From Catajapyx aquilonaris (lineage: Eukaryota), in NCBI GenBank assembly GCA_000934665.2, contig KZ538804.1, positions 1 to 46,659 of the forward strand: 46,659 nt of DNA, given 5' to 3'. Below are positions 36,846 to 46,659 of the stretch, piece by piece; the first letter of the stretch is position 1; each line of letters starts with the position of its first letter. The position numbers and the translations under genes were made by a program. A model generated the notes under the pieces. It did not search any database, had not been told where the DNA came from, and worked only from the letters and a program-made list of their open reading frames with translations.

Positions 36846-39396
36846 CATTATTTTTGTTGCCTGAAATGAGGGTCTGATTCGAGGCACGCGCTTGCTTGAC
36901 CGTGCAGTTTGGCTTCTGAAAGTCTGGAGTCCTCTCTGCTCATTCATTAGGCGAAAAGCCTTCCAAGCACGTCCGCTTGGAGTTGGGGAGGGGGTGGGGG
37001 GGCAAACAAGGACGCTCTTTTCCTATCTGGCTCTGACCACCCCCCGCCGGATTTCCCATTCATACACTCCTCCGGATTAATCCGTCCAGAAATATTCCCA
37101 CCGGAGAAGCCACGCCACAGGTTCACGTGCTGGGGACGACGAACATGCTTCATATGCCATTCGGATTTGCTAGACTTTTGAGCTCCGTGCAACAAATACA
37201 GCCTACGGCAATTCCATCTCCGTCTGCTTGATGACTGGCTATTGTCGCCGAGTTCTACATAATATATCCGGATTAATCAGCGGTTGTCGACAGGGGTAGT
37301 AGAGTGGCGCTACCACAGGCCAAGGGTTGCGTCAATCACCATCCTGCAGAGAGCCCATCATGAGGCCACAGGCAGGCGTCAAAGTGGGTGGGATAAATTC
37401 TCTCGTGAGATGGTTGACAGGGGAGTGCGGTGAAGGGGAGGCTGGGGAGAGGCGGGGGGGGGGGAAGAAGACAAGATTCAGCACTCAGACAATTTTGCAT
37501 GGGGGTTTCATGCCGCGGTCATTCTAATGGAAATTATTGTCAGCCTTTGGACAGACACGCACGAACAGATTACAAAACAGCACAGCCGTTACTAATCAAC
37601 ACTTTATTCATCAAAATCACGACGCGGAACTAGTTGCATCACAAAATATGAACTAAAATATGTATCCGCAATAAACAACTGAACCACACCAAAAAAACTG
37701 TCATACAAACGTAATGTTCAGCTGGATTTAGAGACACCGGAGGTAACCTCGCGCCTGACGTGGACTGTGAATTGAACATTTTCTCCCTCCATCCGGGGGC
37801 TCTAAATCTAATAAGTTATCATAACCCTCGACGCTAATATCGGCCCGGAAAAAAATTATCGTAATTCAAGTCGACGTAGTTAAAAACCAGGTGAAGCGAA
37901 GTTCATTTTCACTCCACCCCAAAAACCGACCCCCCCAATTCGCAGCAAGCGGTTTTAGTTTTATAGATAGGGAGGGGGAGAAAAATCCCGTGGATGGGAA
38001 AGCTACACATTCCGCACAGTTTTTAATCACTAAAAGTACTCTTGCAAAGTGGCTTTCAACTATGCCCCTGGATGATCCTCTCTTTCAGTCAACATGGACC
38101 ACCGGAATATACGGGCACTAGGCCGGACCCATCGCTACAAAAATCGACTCCAAATCGCTGTGTTTAGTTCTGCTTTTTTTGTGGAGGGTTAAATCGCATA
38201 GCAGTGTTTTCTAACCGTTATTGGTCGAGCCGGCAACATTATTGCCACACCTTGTAAGTCGCGGACTTAAAATTATGGCCCCCCCTGTGCTTCCTGGGGC
38301 GGCGGAATTAGGAATGGTTTCCCCGACACTTTGCCATGTCAAGAAAAGGTTGGAAGAGACCTGGTCCTAAACGGCCTTTACGACCCGGCATGCATCAAAT
38401 CCTCGTTGGGCTCGCTCTCTCAAGGAGGATGCTGCAGACTCTTATGAGAATCTGCGAGAAAGGAAAAAACCAGCTAGCGACAACCAAAAAAGGAAGTCTT
38501 TCTCACATTATGACCCTGACACTCCCCCAGCTCCATATTGGACTCTAACTGTAGTTTTTTTTTTAAAAAAATCGTTTCAGAAGATACAATCAGGTGACCC
38601 GCGAACTTGTGCTGGAGAAAATTTCCGAAACGGTTGTTGCGAGCTTTGCAAGGAGTAAACAAAGAGATTTATTTGGAGCTAAAATTTTCCTGGGTTGGGA
38701 ACAAGGAGCGTGCCAGCGACAGTTAAAATTTTAATGGTTTTAGGGCGCCTTCATGATGCCGTTTCTCGCGTCTCCTTATTACGACTGGATGGATTTAATA
38801 TTCCTGCACATAGCTGCCTCCGAAGATGTGTTCTGGGAGCAATGCAGAATGACTTGTCGCTTTATGTGACAGCCCAAAATTCGCATTAAAACTAGAGGTG
38901 TGCACAGACGATAATTAGGCTCAATAAAGTCGACGTAAAAACTAGCCAACAGTACAGTACCTTCAATTATGAACTGTTGTAATTCACTGCATAGTTACAG
39001 TTCGTACAGTCTTACCAAGTGTGCTACTACTAGCCTGATATTTTATTCAATAACCAAGCACAATCAGGCAACATTGTGTCTCCTTTTTTGTATCTTGTTC
39101 CCTTCAAAAACTTTCCACTCCTGGCAACGTTTTCTTCGACAAATTTTTGGGCACTTGAGGTACAGTCTGGCTGGGAGTAATAACCGGGGCTAACTCCCTC
39201 TGAGGGCTCCACAGGAATATATGTATGCTGAAAATCCGGAGAAGATCCAAACTGGCTCCCGGAAATCGATTCCTGCAACCAATCTCTCCCTCCCCCAACT
39301 TCCGCCTCACCCCCTGCCGTTTTCCCAAAGTCACGATAAGAAGCTCCATGATAGGCGGCAAGAAACCTAAACCCTTCGCATTGTACTCTATCGACA

Positions 39397-39679
39397 CAGG
39401 GTGATCCAACAGGAAAAGAACTGATATCTTCCAATATGTAGCAGCTTAAAGTAACCGCTACGATCTTGGCGCTTTATTCGACTCGATAACATGCTGTTAA
39501 GCATAATGGACAGATTTTCATCATATTCGTCGTTTAAGCAATGTAAAGCTACAATTAACGAATTGTTTAACGCCACTCTCAAGTTGGAAGATGCTGCTTT
39601 CAACTAATAGTGATAAGCAGACGCTGCTAGTTATCAAAACGGCTGATCGAGCGCGATTTCCGCACGGTGGCCCACCCTG
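39397..39679. mobile_element. Putative degenerate CAGGGTG-type MITE (~283 bp)
   Basis: Left CAGGGTGATCCA versus right reverse complement CAGGGTGGGCCA (10/12 match). The right flank is TA; the left flank is CA, one mismatch from TA. Confidence 0.4.
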
Positions 39680-40326
39680 TATAAATACTAAGGAGGGTGG
39701 GTTATGCCAAAACTGGATCTCAGAATTTGTCTCCGCGGATTCCCATCGTGAATTTCATCCGCCTTCTCTGTAATTTCTGGCACCGGCGTGTCAAATATTC
39801 TAATTAACTAAAGCTGATTAATTAGTAAAGTTTCTAACACCCACTGAATAATTAATCTAATTTGTGGACGGCCCCGTCCAAGTTGTTCCCGCACGGGCCT
39901 TCCCCCTTTTTGTTTCTAAAAATCTTCCTTTTTCGTCACTTCCCGTGTCCCTTGTACGTACGTGGAGTTAAGTACTCCATTTGACCATTTCCTGCAGACT
40001 CTACACAGTGTCGGGCATTAATAATGCATGACGCCTCTCATTACAAACGGATAAGGCCCGTGTTGTAACTACGCGGCGCCGCACCAACTATAGCAGCTCT
40101 CCACATCCACTCATGAATAAATGCTGCACGTGTGGTCACATATGCTGGCACTTGTTTGGGTACGGATGAAGGACGTTTATTGCGTAGGCCGAATCATGAT
40201 TATGACTTATTCATAACGCTACGACCCAAACTTCCTTACATGAAGCAACTACACCCAGGATTATGCCGCAAAATTGTTGGCTCACACGCGCAGTAATAAT
40301 TAGCAGCTGTTATGCTGTTGCAATAT

Positions 40327-40786
40327 TGCTTCCAAGTCGAATCTCGCGCAAGTGATTTTAGGAACCGTTATTATGCTCAGAGCTGCTATGGCGTTGTAGC
40401 TGCTAGACTAAGAGCTGTTATGGCGTTGTAGCTGCTAGGCTAAGAGCTACTACAGCATTGTAACTGCTATGCTAATCTGTCAGGATAATTATGTAGTTTG
40501 AAGACTAACGATGTTTTCAAGAGCAAATGGCATCTACATAAAGTGATCCGCCTCCGAATGCTCACGAGCTGCTTCCAAGTCGAATCTCGTGCAAGTGATT
40601 TCAGGAACTGTTATTATGTTAAGATATGCTTTAACATTCTAGCTGCTATGCTAAGAACTACCGTAGCGTGGTAGCTGCTAGGCTGATATGTCGGTATATT
40701 TAATTTTGAAGTCCAATATTTGTGTAACAATGTTTTTAAGAGTAAATGGCACCTCTACATAAAGTGATCCTCTGATGCCCGCGAGT
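40327..40786. repeat. Tandem duplication (243-bp offset) with an internal ~32-bp subrepeat
   Basis: TGCTTCCAAGTCGAATCTCG(C/T)GCAAGTGATTT starts at 40327 and 40570, and both copies end near CTACATAAAGTGATCC. An internal CTAAGAGCTG(C/T)TATGGCGTTGTAGCTGCTA-like unit occurs about three times in copy 1 and twice in copy 2. Confidence 0.9.
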
Positions 40787-42091
40787 TCTCTCCCAAATTT
40801 TGCATGTTAGTTATGAATCACAGTGTACTTGCGAGACACCCTGTTCCGGGTGGTTCTCACAAAGAGAAATGTCTGGAGGCGACGTATACCCTCCCCAAAC
40901 TAGACCGCACTGAAGAGAGAGAGGCTTATACATTTCTGAAGATAAACCAATCCGTTCCCCATTCATAATCGCCAGGGTGGAAAATCACTTAACTGCCACT
41001 TGCTTCCCTCCAACACTCTTCTTCTTCTCCCTCCCGTACCAAAGAAGATGAGCCATCAGACGGTTGGATATAGGGCATGGTTGTGTGTGTGAGAAGACGC
41101 CTCAATTCTAGCAGCAGCGGCAGCGTCATGGTTAGTAACCCAGAATTACATCCGCCGTTCCATTCAGGCGAAGGAAGAGGCAAGGTGGGCGCTCTTTGTG
41201 GGCCAACCAGCTGGAAAATTGTCTTCCTCCAGCTGGGGGGTGTTACAAGTGCTAAACAGAAAGACTATCCTTTTGAGGGTCTACAACTCAGCACTGGCCA
41301 ACTTCTTATTCCTTAATCATTCCTGGCTGTTTCAGATCACATGTTTTGTCATAGTACCAACTCGTACATTATGAAGTGAGACGACGCCTTTGCCGTGTTG
41401 TTGGAAGCAGCTTCTTCTTACATTCCCAATACATCACTTCCCCTTTAGGAGGTTTTCTCTCCCCCAGTTTCAACAGCAATAATTAGGCTGCTAATAGGCG
41501 TGAAATTTCGGGTTCACGCCGTTTGTCTGCCGAACACCCCTCCCGACGGGACCTAAACCCGTCAGGTCGGTATGTACAACATCCCACGTCTTTTTTCGAA
41601 AACGGATCGAGTTTTTGTGTTTTTTTTCTTCCGCTCGTTTCCGGAGGCTTTAAGTGTCGTACCTGGCATAGCCGGATAAGGAAATTGCGCTCCACGGCGT
41701 CGTTACGCTGTCTTAGAGAAAAGCCGACCGACTCGACATATGTTGGGTAGGTGTTAAAACCTCTCTCTCCCTCACTCTCTCTCTCTCCTCTCCTTTTTTT
41801 CACCCTCTCTAGGGGGAGGCGACACCTATTTTTGGGGGCGCCAAAAAAAAGTTCGCTCCAGACGTACATTACTTTACAAGCAGGCCCTTGGGAGGAGATG
41901 GCGACAGAAATCGCTTGGCTGCCAATAAACGCTCCCAGCATCATCCACAATTTGAGGCTGTTCAAACATACCACGCGGAAGGATGGCTGGAGGGGAGGGC
42001 GTCATATGAAAGTGACAAACCATGACATAAGGGGGGAAACCTCAACGATTCATTACTCAGCGTTTACACAGTTCGGTTAGGTTATGTTACA

Positions 42092-42518
42092 TTATAGACA
42101 TTTTGTAATAGAAAAAAAATGTGTTATATAGAAAGGCTTGGTCTGTCTGTCCGTGGACAGATATCAGGGTCTAAACCTCATGAGATAGCGATAAACGGTT
42201 TTCGGATTCGGATTCAGCGTGATCAAGGCCTACTTCCGGTTTTCCCGGTTCACTCTATCCGCTAAGGTCAAGTGTTCACCGTATAAATTTTTTTGGGTTC
42301 GAGAGAAAAAGTATACTCGAAACACGCTCGCGTTATTCGAGTAGACTTTTTTTCATTGGGCAACGGGAAATGAGACTGACACCATTCTATTTCATTGTTG
42401 TCCAGTTAGAATCTCATCGCGTCGTATCGTATTCAACAAAGTTGTCAGTCTTCATTTCCCACTGCCCAATGAGAAAAAGTCTACTCGAGTATGTTTCGAG
42501 TATACTTTTTCTCTCGAA
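42092..42518 (+). mobile_element. DINE-1/HINE-like element, copy 4, with a fold-back rearranged 3' end
   Basis: Has GTCTGTCTGTCCGTGGACAGATATCAGG, the family core and CACTGCCCAATGAGAAAAAGTCTACTCGA. Segment 42298-42381 is an inverted copy of 42443-42518. Confidence 0.82.
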
Positions 42519-45500
42519 ATTATTTTAATAATAATCCTTGTTAATTTTAAATCAGCTGGACTCGTGGATGGTCACAAATCAGTTTCGGTTTTCCCCTCGG
42601 ATTCCCTCCGGATTCCCACGGCGGTTACACTTTCGTTCCGGGCTTTACCCAAAAATTACGAGCACTGTACAAGGATGGATGTACTGTGCGGCCATATATA
42701 TTTTTTTTCTTCTTCTTTCTCTAGGCTCCCTCACTCTCCTCCCCATGAGAACCAGACTGCGGAGTGCTGTATATCGCCATCATCCCCCGTCCTCTTCTGT
42801 CCCGAGCTCTTCCTCTATCAGAGACACTCCCCATCAAAGGTCATCAGGTCGTAAATCAGACGGCCGTTATTCGGTCGCTGCACCCTTCCCCCTATACCAT
42901 CCACCATCCCACCCACACTATGCCTCGATGTATATAGTCTCGTAACCCTATCAGCAGAAGAGAGAGAGAGAGATCCAGAGTCGACCCCCTCAAAATCGAT
43001 CCTTAGATCTGCAAGAAAATCGCTAAGTGTGTTATGCTAAACTTTTGGTTGGCCTCCGGTGGCGTCCAGAATCCGGGGCACGTGAAATGGTCTGACTTGC
43101 AATTTTACGGGGGCCCGTCACATGATTAATGTCAGAGTTGAAGTTGAACAGGTTTTACGCACGTCAAGTAGTTGAACGCCGCAGGACACTGCAGAAAATT
43201 CGGCACATAAATGTCACTCGCAACTGATGCTCTCAACAAGGTAATACTATTGATAGCTGCTAGTTACGGTTTGAGTTTTTTTAACTGAACATATTAGGAC
43301 ACACTGCCCAGTAATAAGAGTGTAGAGCACGTAGTATCACTCGCGATTTTTCGCAATGTCTGTGGAATTAGGTTTGCAAAAATGGTGGCAATTTTTTATC
43401 CTCCCTCCCATTTCCTTTTCTTCCCTTCTCCTTTTTTTACCCCCGTCTTCTTAGTGCTGGCTGGAGCGTTAATTAGTGGAAGAACCGCAGGCAAAGTTCT
43501 TGGCAAAGAGAGCTGGCTGGTGCAAGAAGTAAATGTAATGCGTTGGCGTGTCCTGAAACATTCATGTAGCTACGGAGATCTTCTCTTTGACAGTAGCAAG
43601 GGAAAAGCAACTTTCCGCATGCAAACGTAGTTACCCGTACCCACCTTCCCCCCAACAAGATGCACTTAGCCTCTTCAATGGATGTATGTCCCACTGGGTC
43701 ACACCACGACCTCTAACCCCGGAACGTGGCCAGAGCATCCCAAAAAAAAATCATGTTTCATGCAGCTACTTGGCAAGGCGTCATTTGGTATACAGAGTGC
43801 TTCGTAATTATTTTGACCAGATTTTAGCTCACACTCTGGATACAGACTACGACAATTCCATCGTCTAGGACACTACCTGCTGTACTTATTTAAATGGAGG
43901 AAAAGACAAAGTTTCTGAAAGTTACTCTGTGCCTTGTCTGTAAACACTTACGGATAAATCCGGAGCTTCGAGTGAATCGACCAACAAAAAATCGTAAACT
44001 TTGATCCGCAAACTTTTCAGTGTATAAAGTGTGCAGCTTTTCCCCCTCCCAAACCGCAGCCTCCCAAATGTGGTGGAGAGTGGAGGAAGGCCCTTGAGTG
44101 CTCAAAGGAATTGAAACACGCGGCCCTTTTTTCCTGATCAATCCCAACTGTTTTTTTTTTCTTTTTCTCTCTAGGAAGTCCCTGGAGATATCCTCAGTCC
44201 TAGAATTAGTCCGAAACCATTTAAAGGTATATATTCTGAAGGAGAACCTTGGTCTTCTCCTTGGACCCTTAATCCACGGGCCTTTATTCCGCAAAAGGAG
44301 AGCGACTCGAGCAACCCGACCACGTTCGGGATATAAAGCTTTTCTCTACTCCAGGACAGACCAAGCTTGAAGAAAGGATGGGGCCTTCTTCCCAAGCTGG
44401 AAGAACTTTTTGGGGAAGAAAAAAATATGAAGAGATGATGGTGCGGGGCCAAGTCCGGAAACCACCCACAGTATGCGGGATGCAGCTGCACCAACCCAAC
44501 CCAAACTCTTCTCAAGCATGACCCAACATTCACCCACTCGCAGATATTGTATTTCAATTTCCTCCTCACATCTGGAGGGAACAGGCGTATAATAACGGAT
44601 TCTAAGCATGGGTCTGAAACACTGATTCACTCCAGTTTCCGCCTCCTGGATGCTGTATCACTGAGCTCTTCCAGCAAGTTTGCAGCTCGATTTATCTGTT
44701 TATACGGGTGGTGGCAAACTGCTCATCTTTGCAATTGCAGGGTGTGGATGGGGAGTTATTTGTCATTCGAGAAAGATATCTGATTTCCTAGTGACTCACG
44801 TTACCAACGCACATGTTTTACATATGAAATTTTTTTTTCCAGCCGAGCCTACACAATGTACGATCCTTGCAAAACAGGCAAGAGTTTAGCATAGACTCTG
44901 AGGTGTAATCTTTCCGGAATGCTGGACACAGACTTCACTGGAATGCGAAACGGCAACATGCAGCTCAAGTTACGGGGCCTGCAAAGCGACTTTCCAAGCT
45001 GACACTCGTAAAAATGCTGGGAAACCTTATCGCCAATCCGCATCGCCAACACCTGGATGCTACCTCCACCATGTTTTTTTTTTTTGCGAAACAGATGCAC
45101 GTCTTCGCGAAAAACATGCTTGAATGGTGCGTGTCGACCGAAAGGATCGGCTTCTGTGATTGTCACGATGTATTTGTAAGCAGTGTTGTAAATTTATTTT
45201 TTTGGAAAAATCATTGCCTCGTTGTTTGTTAGAGCAACCACCGAATTTTGTGGTTTTCTCCTCCGGGCTTCCTTCTTTTCGCATCCAAACCAGCAGCAGA
45301 CAGCAGGAATGCGTTTTAAAATACCATCCCTGATGCTGCACAGACGTTGATGGGCGCTGGATCAACAACCGCCGGCTTACACGACTGTTCCTGTCAACAA
45401 CTCCTAATAGAAAATTTTCCGGCCAGGAAAACAACCCTATTCATAATTCATCAATTTATTCTCCGCCTTCTCAGCACAGCAGCTCGAGAGCTAGCTAAAA

Positions 45501-46659
45501 AAAAGTGGGCGGCACCGAAACGACTAGACTCCGTACATGAATAATTCGCAGCCTTAAAAGTTTGCAATAATATGGGGAGGAGAAAAAATGATGATGGTCG
45601 CGTTTCAGACTCTGGTTGCTGAAGCCCTCTCCAGTTCAGGTCAAGGGAGTAAGATGAACCCAGCGCAATATTGACTACTAGAACTAACTGCAAGCGTAAA
45701 CCACTCGCAAACTGACGGCGAGCCTTCATTAAGGCAAGTGGACCCTGACACCACCATAGGGTTGGGGGGAAAAGGGAGACCAACCTAACAAAAAGAGGTG
45801 GAAAAAAATAAGCTTAAATTAGATCTGGGTACACGCTCGTATTATTAATGAACCCTGGTTGGGTATTACCGGATTCATGTGAGGGTCGAGCCTTGTTACG
45901 TGTCCATTACGACGCCTCACAAATGCATTTATTCACGCCTAATTGACTGCTGGAATCCTGTTACCTCCTGTGGGTCCAAGCCAGCCAAGGTTTAAATATT
46001 ATATCGTCATCATAATTATATAGAATTAGCTAGGTGTGACGTTGTATACACTACTCATCACCTAGGTGCATGTAGTTACCGTAGTTACCACGACGTGCAG
46101 CATACGCGCCAAATGCCATATTGTAATAGGTCCCGTCGCCAAATTTTAGCAACAAAGCGCTGTTATGTTCCATGACTTGAAATATTTTACACGAGAACCT
46201 CAAATCGGGTCAATATCCATGCAGAGTTTATGAGATATTGATCAAAGCTGCGTCTTCGCTCCCGATAAAATTAAGGATGTCAGGTGCCTTCAGGGGTCCT
46301 TCAAGAAAACCTTCTTTTTTCCCTCCCCTCCTCGGTTTCATTAATAAAAAATGCAGTGCCAAGCGCATAACCTCTTATTACGCATCGCTAACCTACTTTT
46401 TTTTATTTGGCATGAAGCGTTACCAAACAACATGAAGAGGGCTCTTGTATGCCAATGTTTTTAACAAAGCTAAAATTTGCAATCACAGTAGTGCAAGTTG
46501 TGCATTTTCAGGAATCAATACCAATCCATTATTCTCTGGAGGAAAAAAAGGGCGTCAATATCCTCTCTCTCTCTCACTGCAATACAGTAAATATCAATGT
46601 AAAGGCATTAAAAGGGTGTAATCTCCAGGGGGAGGGCTCAGTGCAGCCGTTTTTCACAA

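Noticed and set aside
38888..38946. hAT-like TAGAGGTGTGCAC start with an AAAACTAG direct repeat
   Set aside because: No matching opposite TIR, and the segment is too short.
41077..41316. Possible exon (SSSSGSVMVSNPELHPP... ending CAAG|GTGGGC)
   Set aside because: No recognisable homology, no clear acceptor and no partner exons; cannot be supported from sequence alone.
6421..42518. All four HINE-like copies share the same orientation
   Set aside because: Expected by chance one time in eight; not significant.

Overview
This is non-coding animal genomic DNA, not prokaryotic. An arthropod is plausible from an interstitial (TTAGG)n array and Helentron/DINE-1-type repeats. I find no intact protein-coding gene, RNA gene or CRISPR array, and the ORF track looks like random or repeat-derived ORFs. 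Supported content: (i) four copies of one non-autonomous DINE-1/HINE-like family, one with a rearranged fold-back 3' end; (ii) CAGGGTG-ended, mostly TA-flanked MITE-like elements, including a near-perfect 207-bp palindrome inserted in a satellite; (iii) the right end of a TTAA-flanked Kolobok-like element; (iv) four 0.5-1 kb complex tandem-repeat islands; (v) an orientation-switching TTAGG array; (vi) a 77-N assembly gap. The most interesting signal is not visible as a single ORF: a frameshifted, apparently intronless minus-strand relic at about 29.2-30.0 kb whose motifs follow the order of a USP (peptidase C19) deubiquitinase domain, next to the TTAGG array. It was recognised by eye and needs a profile search. 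The rest looks like intronic/intergenic DNA, possibly cis-regulatory. I see no evidence of an intact novel multi-gene system.
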